DNA from: Eledone cirrhosa
Taxonomy: Eukaryota
Length of the DNA stretch: 64,000 nucleotides
Assembly (NCBI GenBank): GCA_964016885.1
Contig: OZ024742.1
Location: 221,092,001-221,156,000 of the forward strand
Reading direction: 5' to 3'
This document shows, piece by piece, positions 49,415-61,908 of the stretch; position 1 is the first letter of the stretch, and every line of letters starts with the position of its first letter. The position numbers were made by a program, and so were the translations under genes. A model generated the notes under the pieces. That model saw only the letters and a program-made list of their open reading frames with translations, made no database searches and had not been told where the DNA came from.

Positions 49415-51154
49415 GTGCGAAGCTATTTGGTCTCACCAAGCCCAACGGAGACCTGCGCCCCTTTGCGGTTGGCTGCACTCTTCGCCGCCTCACTGCAAAG
49501 GCGTGTTTGCTGTTGGTCTCCGACTCACTGGCGGAGGAATTTTCCCCCATCCAGCTGGGGGGGGGGTACCAGGTTGGGATGTGAGGTTGCTGTCCACACT
49601 GCCAGAGCATTTGCCAACTTGCCCTCCTCGTCCCCCAAGGTCATCCTCAAACTTGACATCAGGAATGCCTTCAACTCCGTCAGCTGTGACATTGTCCTTG
49701 GCTCAGTAAGAGAGAGAGTCCCACAACTCTACCACTTTGCTTGGCAGGCTTATCGGGAGCCCTCCTACCTCTCTTTCGGTGACTAGATCATCACCTCTGC
49801 ATCAGGAGTCCAACAGGGTGACCTACTCGGGCCCGCGCTGTTTGCACTAGACATTGATGACGTGACCAAGATGGGGGCTGAGTTGGACCTCAATGTCTGG
49901 TACCTCGACGACGCCTGTTTGGGGGGAACTCCGGATATGGTTCTCGCCACTGCCAACAGGATGGTGGAGGAGCTTGGCCGCCGGGGTCTCCAGATCAATA
50001 GCTCCAAATGTAAGCTCTGGATCCTCAACCACCCGGCTTCTCAATACCAATAGCTGATCGACCTGTTCGCAGTCCATCCCTTCCATCGCGGTCCCTCCCC
50101 GTCGGATTGGTGCTCCTTAGGAGCCCCAATCACAGACCTGGCCTTCGAGTCAACCTTCCAATCGAAGATGGTTGGCCTTGAGCAGCTGCTGAGGAATATC
50201 GAAGTTATCGAACCCCATCAAGATTTCTTCTTACTCAGGAACTACCTGTCTATTCCTAAGCTTCTGTATCTGCTCAGGGTCAGCCCCTCTCACAGATTTC
50301 CATCCTGCCTCCAACGCTTCGACGACCTAATCTTCGAGAGATTTGAGCGTCTGGTCAATGTTAGACTCTCTCCAGAGTCCCGCGATCAGTTTGCCTTGCC
50401 CAAGCGATTTGGGGGTCTTGGTCTCTGTAAGTGTTCGTGCCTCTCTCTCCCCTGCTTCCTTTCCTCCACTCACGCTTGCTCCACCCTGGTGAGCAGCATC
50501 CTCTTCTCTCCAACATGGACTAGTTCCAACAGGGAGTTGGGTGAAGCTCTCCAGCAATGGAGTGAGTTGGGCTTGTCTCTTCCTGATAAGGTGGAGGACA
50601 GTCGAAGTCAGAAAGCTTGGGACAGCATAAGTTTGAAGGTCACCTTCGACTCCCTCTTCATCCAGTCAGATCAGTTTGCAAGGTGCCGCTTACTACCTGC
50701 CAGCGCCAAATACTCAGGCGACTGGGTCGATGCCCTACCCGTGGCCAACGTTGGTGGCCTACTCAGCCTGGACGAACTTCGTGTCTCCATCGCCCTCAGT
50801 TGCCCCTGGTCGAGAGGCAGGTGCCTTTTCTGGAACGTCACTGTTAGTGACTCCTTTGCTCTTTCCCACATCCTGGATGCTGCGGTTAGGACGAGAGCCA
50901 CAGCTTCTGCAGCTGAGCGGAGTAAGACCCTCAAATACTCTGCTCTGTCGACCAGCTACATTTTTCAGTCTGTGGCTTTCGAGATGTTTGGGGGAGTCGG
51001 GCTGCTGACTGTGAGGTTCCTTTCCTCACTGGCGGCTCGCCTAATAGAGGTAACTGGCGAATCTCGCGAGGATGCTTGGCTGTTTCAGCGCATCAGCCTC
51101 GCCATCACCCAAGGCAACGCTACGAGTGTGCTGGCTTGCCTCAAAAATCATTAG
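49415..51154 (+). mobile_element. Decayed CRE-like non-LTR retrotransposon (RT and RLE C-terminus)
   Basis: LKLDIRNAFNS, GVQQGDLLGP, WYLDD, LPKRFGGLG, LFQRISLAITQGNA; stops and frameshifts present. Confidence 0.82.
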
Positions 51155-52254
51155 AGAGGTTGCCCAGTACTCGTGATGTTGCTGTCTTTTGCTCTGGTGT
51201 TGGCTCCGTTGTTCACCCCTCTTTTACATTTTCTTTAATATTGTAGCATTGAAGGAATATATCTTTCATTATATCATCCTTTGTAGTGTTACCGAGGCAT
51301 TTGTAATGTTATTTATGTATATATTTAAAACATATTTGTTATGTTATTCTACTGTAAATTTATTTATATGCTCTGTTTATATTTTCATTCTGAAGGAATT
51401 GCAAACGATTTGTAATGTTGTTTGTGCAACTATGAAGTATTTTAAACATGTTATAAATAAAATATAAAGATATGCTCTATATAATTGTTTCTACTATTGG
51501 CACAAGGCCAGAAATTACCCAGTACATTACTGGTACTTTATTTTATCGACCCCGTAAGGATGAAAGGCAAAGTTAACCTCAGCGGGATTTGAAATCAATA
51601 CTCTACAAAATACTTCAGCAATGCTGGTATAGCCACTGTCTCTGAAGATAGTGGTTGATAAGATATATGTGAGAATGTTAATATTTGTATTTGTGTATTG
51701 TGTATCAATAGAAGTCACCAGTGAAGCAGTTTATAACATAAGAGGATGATGTATTGTGTTATCCGTATCTGTATCAGTATCGGTATAAGTCTCATAATCT
51801 GTTGCTCTGCTGTGAAAATAACTCTGAAAAGAATATTTCCATATCACATTTAAAGGCAATGGTTGTGGTAAATAGCATCACAAGACTTTACAACGTTTTT
51901 ATATGATTTATTAACAAAGATGAGAAGAGCTGGATTAAGCTTGGTTGGATGGCGTGCTAAAAGAAATGAAACAAACAAATTAAGAGAAGACGCGGTCCAG
52001 AGGCTGAAGTGAGAAGCCAGGCCGCGGTAATGTTTTGTAGTTACATTTTGGAATGATGTTTACGGAGCAAAAACAATGGGTTGTTTACTTTAGCGAGGTC
52101 AAGCTGCAAGAGGAATTAGTTTATTAAAAACAGCGGGAATTTCTCCATTTGGGCGGAAGTTGAGGTACATTTCCCTACGCTGGTAGCAATTGGCTTAACT
52201 TAGCCAAATAACGTACAGAAAGGGTATCAATGTGCCAAAGGAAAGTAGCTTGCT

Positions 52255-52500
52255 AATCTCCATCTCGCTCACTCTCCCCATCTCACTATTATAAGCAAAT
52301 GGGGGCCCACGCGCTGGCGGCCACACGACTCCAGGGAAAGCGTTTCCCCAGAGGATGGTGTAATAGACACGCTGGAAGAGCCATTCAGCTCGCGAGGCTC
52401 ACAATTCTGTGTTAATGGTGGTGATTTGTGAGGTTGTCTTAGGGCCAAGGACACCAGAAGTTTCCACTGCCACGGGCTCAACTGCAAACCTGTCGGAGAG
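52255..52500 (-). mobile_element. CRE-like 3' fragment
   Basis: Similar to 41515-41800. Confidence 0.6.
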
Positions 52501-52527
52501 AGACCAAGTGGTTAGAGTGTTGGACTT

Positions 52528-52628
52528 TTGATAGTTATATCGTGGGTTTGATAGTTATATCGTGGGTTTGATAGTTATATCATGGGTTTGATAGTTATAT
52601 CGTGTGTTTGATAGTTATATCATGGGTT
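52528..52628. repeat. 20-bp tandem repeat x5 (ttgatagttatatcgtgggt) inside a SINE head
   Basis: Seen directly. Confidence 0.9.
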
Positions 52629-53014
52629 TCTCAACCATGTAATGTGTTCTGTTCATGAATGAAACATTTCATTTTATGTTGCTCTAGTTAACCCAGCTAT
52701 GATCTGGCATCATGTCAAGGGAGTGTCTTGTATTCTTTGTTGCTTGGTGTTAATGAAACCAGGTTAAATTTTGGTACTATGAGCTTCCAGGCTTTTAACA
52801 GGCTCTAACGTTTAACTAAATAGAAGGACCCCACCTATGCTTGGCACAATCATTCAATATGCTGCAAACTGCAGTCAAATTCTCCCACCAATTTCTAATA
52901 ACAACTCTTCTTATCAATAGACAATCCACAACACAAATCACAACATACAACAGTATAATTCTCATAGTTTTCTAAGCTTTTCTGTTGATGAAACACCATG
53001 TGTCTATATATGTT

Positions 53015-53392
53015 TGATACTACATACAGCAAAACTTTCTCCAATGGTAATCTGGTGCAGTCTGTGACTAATCCAGACTCTACTGCATTTCGGGCTGAGG
53101 AGGGTAAACTCTCCAAATATTGGTTGCTCTCCAACAGGTTTGCAGTCATGACCGTAGGTGTGGAAACTTCTCGTGTTTGGCCTTAGGACCACTTCCCTAA
53201 TCACCACCAATAGCACAGAGTTGGCTACCTGCAGGTTTGAACCTCGCGAGCTGGAATGGCTCTTTCAACACATATCCATCACCATCCTCCTTCTCTATTT
53301 TGTTCACCAGGACCGTGGGGTGGCCGATACCTGGGCTCTCATTTGCATGCAATAGTGAGAGATGGGTGGAGCGAGAGAGATGGAGGCAATGA
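53015..53392 (+). mobile_element. CRE-like 3' fragment
   Basis: DTTYSKTFSNGNLVQS...GKLSKY, WLFQHISI; same 3' end as the 41.5 kb copy. Confidence 0.65.
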
Positions 53393-53565
53393 GTGAAAGA
53401 GAGAGAACACTGACGCACACACAAATACTTTAGTTGCAGCAAACACAGGGGGGGGGGGGTTATCACTGTCTAACTGCTAAACACATGATAATATTCAGAG
53501 AAGATATAGAATATTTTTATTTTAAGTGTTTTCAAATCATATTTCACTTTAACAATATCATGGAT

Positions 53566-53604
<39 letters not shown>

Positions 53605-53804
53605 GTTGTTGCCGTCGTCGTCATTGTCATTATCATCACCATCACTGTTCTACATCTATTTTCCATGCTTGCATAGTTTAGACATGTCACATTCTGAAGT
53701 GAGACAGATAAGGTGACCATGTATTGTTCATACATTCCATTCTGACATGGTTTCTATGGCTGGATATCCTTCCTAATGCCAACCACTTCATAGTATGTAC
53801 CAAG

Positions 53805-54870
53805 TACACCAGCACTACCAACTAACATGGTGTATTGGGTGCTTTTTAGTGGCACCAGCACTACAACTTTACAGAATGGGCTGAGTGCATTTTATCATGG
53901 CACCAGTACTACAACTTTACAGAATGGGCTGAGTGCATTTTATCATGGCACCAGTACTACAACTTTACAGAATGGGCTGAGTGCATTTTATCATGGCACC
54001 AGTACTACAACTTTACAGAATGAGCTGAGTGCATTTTATCATGGCACCACCACTACAACTTTACAGAATGGGCTGAGTGCATTTTATCATGGCACCACCA
54101 CTACAACTTTACAGAATGGGCTGAGTGCATTTTATCATGGCACCAGCTACTACAACTTTACAGAATGGGCAGAGTGCATTTTATCATGGCACCAGCTACT
54201 ACAACTTTACAGAATGGGCTGAGTGCATTTTATCATGGCACCAGCACTACAATTTTACAGAATGGGCAGAGTGCATTTTTTCATGGCACCAATGCTACAA
54301 CTTTACAGAATGTACTGGGTATATTTTATTGTGGCATCGGCACTACCACTTTACAGAGTGGACTGGATGCATTTCATCATGACACCATTACTATCATTTT
54401 ACAATATGGACTGGGTACTTTTTATTGTGGCAACAGAATTACTAGTTTACAGAGTGTGCTGGATGTATTTTATCTTGGCAGTAGCATTACCACTTTACAG
54501 AGTGGACTGGATGTATTTTATTGAAGATATGCTGTCTTCAACACTGTCCAATAATTCACACGTTTTGAGCTGGTTCAGGGACATTGTTGCATTCACCCCC
54601 TCCACTCAATGCTTGTTGTCCTCTTCCTCTTCTACCTTCAGTTTTCCACAATAAAATGCACTCAAATACAGCCTTTAAAGTGGGAGTACAGGTGCCACAA
54701 TAAAATATACCCTGTACACTACATAAAGGGGTAATGCAGGTGCCACAATAAAAGGTACCCAGTACACTATATAAAGGGGTAGTGCTGGTGCCACAATAAA
54801 ATGTACCCAGTACACTACTTAAAGGGGTAGTGCTGGTGCCACAATAAAATGTACACAGTACACTAAATAA
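53805..54870. repeat. 41-bp minisatellite (53805-54522) with an inverted block of the same unit (54645-54870)
   Basis: Units ggcaccagtactacaactttacagaatgggctgagtgcattttatcat and their reverse complements. Confidence 0.92.
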
Positions 54871-55001
54871 AAAGGTTGCCATTAAGGAGATATAGAAACT
54901 ATGCAAAAAGGGAATGTATGAGCAAGACATGGTTCTCTGCCCTATCCAGTCTCTTATGTATGTGTGTACCGATTGTGTTGTTATTTCTGTTTACCTTTTA
55001 T

Positions 55002-55038
<37 letters not shown>

Positions 55039-55078
55039 ATATATTAATAAATGGAAACTATATTTATAAAACCATAAT

Positions 55079-55143
55079 TATTTTATTATATATATTTCAA
55101 GAGCAAGCAAGGCAATCTTGGTGCGCTTTCATCAGATAAAATA
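55079..55143 (-). ncRNA. Type I hammerhead ribozyme (mirror copy)
   Basis: Reverse complement of 55224-55288 with two stem II substitutions. Confidence 0.72.
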
Positions 55144-55223
55144 CAAAATTTGTTTTATAAATAGTGACATAACCGTCAAGGTTGTTTTCCACGGTTATGT
55201 CACTATTTATAAAACAAATTTTG

Positions 55224-55288
55224 TATTTTATCTGATGAAAGCGCACCAAGATTGCCTTGGTTGCCCTTGAAATATATATAATAAAATA
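55224..55288 (+). ncRNA. Type I hammerhead ribozyme
   Basis: Stem I tattttat/ataaaata; CTGATGA; stem II aag.gca-ccaag/cttgg-tgc.ctt; GAAA; palindromic TATATA; AUA triplet. Confidence 0.76.
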
Positions 55289-55416
55289 ATTATGGTTTTA
55301 TAAATATAGTTTCCATTTATTGAATATTTACTCTAGTAATCAGTTATAAACTTTTAAGTTTGTTGGAATCCCAACAAATTAAATATAACTTCTGCATATA
55401 TATATATATATATATA

Positions 55417-58070
55417 TCATCATCATCATCATCATCAACGTTTAACGTCCGTGTTCCACGCTTGCATGGGTTTGGACGGGGGTAGTCCCACTTGAGGCAA
55501 GAGTGATTGTCTTGCTCGCATAGGACTGTCTGGCAGGTTTTCTACAGTTGGATGCCCTTCCTAACACCAACCACATTTACAGTGTGGGTCTGGGAGGTTT
55601 TTACCGTGTTGCCTACACGGCCACATTACAGCGTGGACTGTGTGTTTTTTTGTCGTGACACCTACACGATCTCATTTGTTTCGGCCTGGATGGTGTGGCA
55701 CCAACATAACTTTACATAGAACGGGGTGGTGTGGATGGGGTGGGGGTGGTGGTGGTGGGACGGGGGGGGGGGGTATTTTGTTAGAGATGCCTACTGGCTG
55801 TAGTAGGTTTTACTATGTATTTAGGTAAGGCGGGTCTTCTCTGTTACTGAGTACCGCCAAAGGTCTCGGTCCAGTGACATTGTCTTGGAGAGGTGTAAGT
55901 GTGTGAGGTCGGAGTTTATCAGCTCGTCCCAGGTTTTTCTAGGTCTGCCTATTCCGTGGCTACCGTCTATCTTTATTGCCCTGCACTTTGTTATACAGCT
56001 ATCGACTTTCATGCACATCACGTGTCCATACCAACGTAGCCTTCTCTCGAGTAAACAACATCTGATCCCTCTTATTTCTAATTTTTTCCTTAGTTCGTTT
56101 ATGCTTTGCCGTTCACGTATATTACTGTTACACATCCAGCGGAGCATGCAAGCTTCGTTCCTCTCTAGTCTGCGTATATCCTCTGCACACAATGCCCAGG
56201 TCTCACTGCCATGCAACATTGTTGTTCGTATGCAGGCATCGTACAACCTGCCTTTCATTTTTAGGGAGAACCCTTTAGCAGCTAATAGTGGTATAAGCTC
56301 TCTGAACTTTTTCCAACCAGTTCTGACTCTAGCTACTGTACTTTCAGAACACCCTCCCCCACTGCTGATTTTATCACCCAGGTAACGGAAGCTGTCCACT
56401 ATTTCTATAGAACCCTCTGCGCAATTGAAAGAGCTAGTATTCTGTGGGCACTTGCTGCTACTTATTGCACCAGAGCACTGGCCACATGTAAAATCTATGT
56501 TCTTAGTTATCTTACCTATGATCCCACTACATCTTTTATGCACCCATACTTTGCATTTAGGACATAAAATGGAGTTTCTACCTATGCCTTTCCTACACAC
56601 CGAGCACGACCATTTCCCAGAAGGGACCGCCGCCTTATTTTCTTTCCTACAAACTAGAACTTTATTCTTAGCCAGGTTAATTTTAAGTCCTTTTGATTCT
56701 AGGCCGTGCTTCCATGTTTGGAATTTCTTCTCTAGCTCGGCCATTGATTCCGCTATGAGTGTCAGGTCGTCTGCGTATAGGAGTTCCCATGGGCAGCCGG
56801 TCTTGAACTCCTCTGTTATAGCCTGAAGGGCAATAATAAATAGTAGGGGGCTGAGAACAGAGCCCTGATGGACGCCAACTTTTACGCTAAACTCTTCACT
56901 ATATTCGTTGTTAATTCTAACCTTGCTGACTGTTTCTTTATACATGGCTTGTATAGCTCTCACAAGCCATTCGTCAATGCCTAGTTTTCTAAGAGCCCAC
57001 CAGATAATGGAGCGGGGGACTCTGTCGAAGGCTTTCTCCAAGTTGACAAAAGCTAAGTAGAGGGGTTTACCTTTAGCTAGGTACTTCTCCTGTAGTTGTC
57101 GTACAATGAAAAGAGCGTCTGTGGTACTTTTGCCTGACACAAACCCGAACTGCATTTCATCTAGGTCAATTCTCTCTCTGATTAGTTGTGCTATTACTTT
57201 TTCCGTGACCTTCATGACCTGGTCGATTAATTTAATGCCTCTATAGTTACTCCTATCTAGGGCGTCTCCTTTACCCTTATAACAGTTAACGATGATGCTG
57301 CTATGCCAGTCCTTCGGAACAACCCCATTCTGTACGACTTGGTTAACTATGCGGGTGACCATGGTGTGTCCCACCGTGCCAGATGCCTTCAGCATCTCAG
57401 CAACTATTTCCGAAGGCCCAGCCGCCTTACCCGTCTTCATATCTTTGATTGCCTTACTTATTATACTCCCCTCGACTAACACTGCTGGTCCCTCTATTGG
57501 GTCGATATGGGGGTGACTGTCTTTCTCCCATTTATTCTCCTCATTTAGTAGCCTTTCATAGTGACACTTCCAAGCTACCTTCTTATTAGCGTCGGTGATG
57601 GCAAGTATGCCATCATCGTTAAGTACACACTTCTCCCCGACAATATCACGGTTTTCCTTGACGCATTGCCTAGCAATCCTGAACACCTCACATTTTTGGT
57701 CCTCGCGTTGTAGAACATGCTTGAACTTTCTTTCCTCAGTTTCCCTTCTTGCTAAGTACACTTGTCTCCTAGCTTCCCTCCTGGCCACTTGATAGTCTTC
57801 TCTACTTCCCCCATCCCGCCATACTTTCCAAGCCTGCTTTTTGGCCTTAATTGACCCCTCCACCTTACTGTTCCACCACCATGTTACTCTCCTCCTGCCT
57901 ACAGGCCTGCTCCAGCCACAGACTTTGTCTGTCGCCATCAGCAGGTTTGCTTTCAGAAATTCCCACTGTCCCTCTATATTGTCCAACTCTAAATGTTCTT
58001 CCTTACTGTCGAAAGCATCAAGTAATATGCTTTGAAATTTATTTCTGGCTGTGGGGTCCTTTAGCTTCCA
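55417..58070 (-). mobile_element. RTE LINE family A; uninterrupted RT ORF segment of about 750 aa (55821-58070), truncated at a (TA)n tract
   Basis: [27 protein letters not shown]4HC3 finger, GRPRKTW; 3' UTR runs to the (GAT)n tail. Confidence 0.93.
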
Positions 58071-58892
58071 TATATATATATATATATACATATGTGTGTG
58101 TGTGCAAGTGTGCGCATGTGTGTGCGCGTGTGTGTGTGTTAGTCTATGTTTATGTTTACTGTTAATTGTTTCTACTTTTGGCACAAGGCCAGCAATTACC
58201 TAGTGAATTACTGGTACTTTATTTTATCGACCCCGTAAGGATGAAAGGCAAAGTTAACCTCGGCGGGATTTGAACTCAGAATATAAAAGGCCGTAACTCT
58301 ATGCGTCAAAGCTAATCATGCAGCTGAAAATATCTAAAAGTGGGTTTGTTAATTCAAATGTTTATAGTGTATTTATTAGTGGACAGATTGTTGTGAAAAA
58401 TTGTAGTAAACTAAAGTAATGACTATGGTTTTTAATGTGATGTAGTTATAGTGTTGTTTTATACTTTTCAAGAATGTTTTGCTATTATGGTTTTATGGGG
58501 CACAGGTTGTTAAGGGTAAATTTATTTGAGCTTCTTTCACCTTCTTCCATCCTTGGGTCCAAGAAAAGTAAACTAATTCACTACATAAACGATCTACTGA
58601 TCAATCCCCAAAGAATTTGTTAAGGTGTATCATCATCATCATCATCATCATCATAATTTCCGTTTAATGTCAATTTTTCCACTCTTGCATAGGTTAAACA
58701 GGTCATCCATGCCGAGAGACAAGTTTGGCCAGGATTTCCCATGTGTCGTACCTTTTACAGCTGGATGCCCTTCCTAACACCAACCATGTTAACAGTGTGG
58801 ATCTGGATAGCTCCATTATGAGGAGGGACAGGCCAGTTGGCTGCGCTAAACCTGACTCACAACGGAACCATGTTTTCGGAGCTCAACCCACC

Positions 58893-61304
58893 ATCATCAT
58901 CATCATCATCATCATCATTTTGCGTCTGCTTTTCCCTGCTTGCAAGAGTTGGACGTGTCCTATTCAGCACAGCATCTCTCCACTTGTCACGGTTCTTTGT
59001 CATCTCCTCGGTGAGTTTCAGCCATCTGAGGTTTGCTCTCACCACCTCCACCCATGTTTTTCATGGTCTTCCTCTACTGCATCTTCCCTCCACTGGGACT
59101 TCACTTCTTCACCCAGTGGTCACCCCCCATGCACATCACATGTCCATACCATCTCAGCCTTCTCTCCTGCACACCACAGCTTATCCATCTTATACCCAGT
59201 TTCTCTCTCAACTCATCTATGCTTGGTCGTTCACACACATCGACATTGCACATCCAACAGAGCATACTTGCTTCATTTCTCTCCAGCCGTCGCATATCTT
59301 CTGCAGTTGCTGCCCATGTCTCACTACCATGCAGCATCGCGCATCTCACACAGGCATCATACAACCGGCCTTTCGTACGCAGGGAGAAACCCTTCTTTGT
59401 CAACAGAGGAAATAGCTCCCTAAACTTCTTCCAACCCATCCTTATTCTAGATACTATGGCCTCGGAACACCCCCCTCCCATGCTAATCTGATCACCTAGG
59501 TACTGGAAGCTAGCAACCACTTCTATAGAACCCACCTGCATTGGAAAAATGTATCTATCACTGCGATTACTGCCAACTTTCTCTGTACATCTACTGCATA
59601 CATAGTTTTCCCTACCTGTTAGTTTGCCTGCTATCCCACTACATCTTTTGTGTACCCAAGATCTGCATTGCGTACATTTTATGGAATTTATGCCAGTTAC
59701 TTTCCTATATATCGAACATGGCCATTTCCCTGATGGAATCAGAGTTTTGTCCTCTTTTCTACTCATCAACACTTTTGTCTCAACTAAGTTCACCCTCAGG
59801 CCTCTTGATTCTAACTACTGTTTCCATAGCCAGAATTTATTCTCTAGCTCCTCTACTGATTCTGCTATAAGAACCAGATTGTCAGCATAGAGAAGTTCCC
59901 ATGGACAGCCAGTCTTAAACTCCTCTGTTATGGCTTGGAGGACTATAATGAACAAGAGCGGGCTGAGGACCGAACCCTGATGTACTCCTACTTGTATCTG
60001 GAATTCCTTACTAAACTCCATTCCTACCCTCACTTTACTGACAGCACCTCTGTACAAAGCTTGCACTGTCCTCACAAGCCATTCCTCAACATCCAGCTTC
60101 CTTAGGGACCACCAGATGACAGATTGGGGTACCCTATTAAAGGTCTTCTCTAGGTCAACAAAAGCTAAGTATAGTGGCTTATTCTTCTCTAAGAACCTCT
60201 CTTGTAATTGTCCCACTAAGAAGAGGGCATCCGTTGTTCTTTTCCCAGGCACAAAACCAAACTGCATCTCATCTAGTTTGACCCTTTCTCTAATTAGTTG
60301 TGCTAATATCCTTTCTGCCACTTTCATAACCTGATCCATCAGTTTTATGCCCCTATAATTGCTCCTCTCCAGCATCCCCTTTACCTTTGTAGCAATTTAT
60401 GAGAATACTACTGCACCAGTCTTTGGGTATGACACCGCCGTATATAGCCTGATTGATGATGCGTGCAACCAGTTTAGTGCCTACATTCCCTGACGCCTTC
60501 AGCATCTCAGCAACTATCCCCGACGGACCAGCAGCCTTACCATTTTTCATTTTCTTAATCACCTCTTGGACCTTATATTCATCAATCTCAATAGCTGGTC
60601 CCTGTGTCGGATCTACTGGAGGTAATTTCTCTCTCTCCCATTCATTCTCTACATTCATCAGTCTCTCATAATGACATTTCCAGGCCTCCTTTTTCTGATC
60701 ATTCGTGACACTAAGTACACCGGCATCATTCCGGACACATTTATCTCCAACAACATCCTAATTTGCATTGACACACTGCCTTGCAATGCTGAACACCGCA
60801 CATCTCTGATCTTCCCGTCGCAGAACATTGGCAAAGCTCGTACTCTCAGCCTCCCTGAATGCTAAGTACACCTGACGTCTAGCTTCTCTCTTAGCAGCTG
60901 TATATCCTTCTCTACTCCCACCATTTTCCAAAGCATTCCATGCTAGTCTTTTGTCTGTAATGGGCCTATCTACCGTGCCGTTCCACCACCAGGTCACTCT
61001 CTTTCTGGTTGGAGCTCTGCTCCAGCCACAAGTTTCATCAGTAGCCTGCAGTAAGTTGTCGCGTAAGAAATTCCAGCTATCATCTATGTCATACGACTCT
61101 AAATCGTCTTCTTTTTCGTCATACACATCTTGAAGAGCTTTCTTAAATTTGTATTTTAGTGAAAGGTCTTTTAACTTCCAGACCTTTCTTCTCCACACCT
61201 TCCTGTATGTCTCATTCCGTCTCTTGCTTACTGAGATATCACTAACGACTAACCTATGCTGTGGAGTACATTCTTCCCCGGGGTATGCCTTGGTATTTGA
61301 CACC
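58893..61304 (-). mobile_element. Decayed, 5'-truncated RTE LINE family B
   Basis: Colinear and highly similar to 28465-30864. Confidence 0.9.
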
Positions 61305-61863
61305 TTGTTTGTACAACCTTGCTAGTAGAGAATGGTGGTGATGATTATGGTAGTGGTGGTGGTGGTGGTGATTGTATTGGTGGTGGTGGTTATGGTGGTG
61401 GTGGTGATGATGATGATGATAATATAGATAACAATGATATGGATATCATTATACACACTAAAAAAACTCTGACATTTGATGAAAATGCCATTTGGGTTAG
61501 AAAATCAGACCCATATGTTCCTTCAACATCAATACTGCACCATTTGATAATGAAGATATAGGTTCTTTCATTGACTAAAATATTCTAGAGATATTTAGTA
61601 AGAAATTAAACACAATATATGTTGGCTCTTTTCCACCTCAGGTTCCCCTTCCCCACCTAGTCTTCTGCAAGCTTCGTTCCTCTCTAGTCTGCGTATATCC
61701 TCTGCACACAATGCCATATATATATATATATATAAAAATGTATATATAGTGTATTTTGCAATACACTGTATGTTTAATGAAAAGCATTTCGAAGACCTTA
61801 TGCTATTGTTTTAGAGTAGTGACAGACTCACTTACTTTAATTTTCAACAAACAGGGGAGATAA

Positions 61864-61908
61864 AGCTGACAAAGCCTTGTTTCGCATTTATTGATGCTTA
61901 TCAAAGCC
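61864..61908 (-). ncRNA. Variant hammerhead ribozyme with U3-A8 core (TTGATAA)
   Basis: Minus strand: ggct TTGATAA gcat-caataa-atgc GAAA caaggctttg TC agct; GUC triplet; flanking sequence is related to the 850-1338 element. Confidence 0.68.

Larger units (their letters stand above)
55046..55396. mobile_element. Penelope-like repeat with an inverted partial copy (arms 55046-55176 / 55191-55321, 14-nt spacer) between (TA)n tracts
   Basis: 131-bp arms with about 2 mismatches; ends aaatataacttctgca-(TA)n like the 40.8-41.0 kb copy. Confidence 0.75.

Noticed and set aside
53805-54522. CRISPR-like regular repeats (also at 3.7, 5.5 and 44.2 kb)
   Set aside because: The units are tandem with no unique spacers, there are no cas genes, and the context is eukaryotic.
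58071-58184. N-terminus of the 787-aa ORF as a real start
   Set aside because: It reads through SINE tail and microsatellite sequence; RTE homology starts at about 58070.
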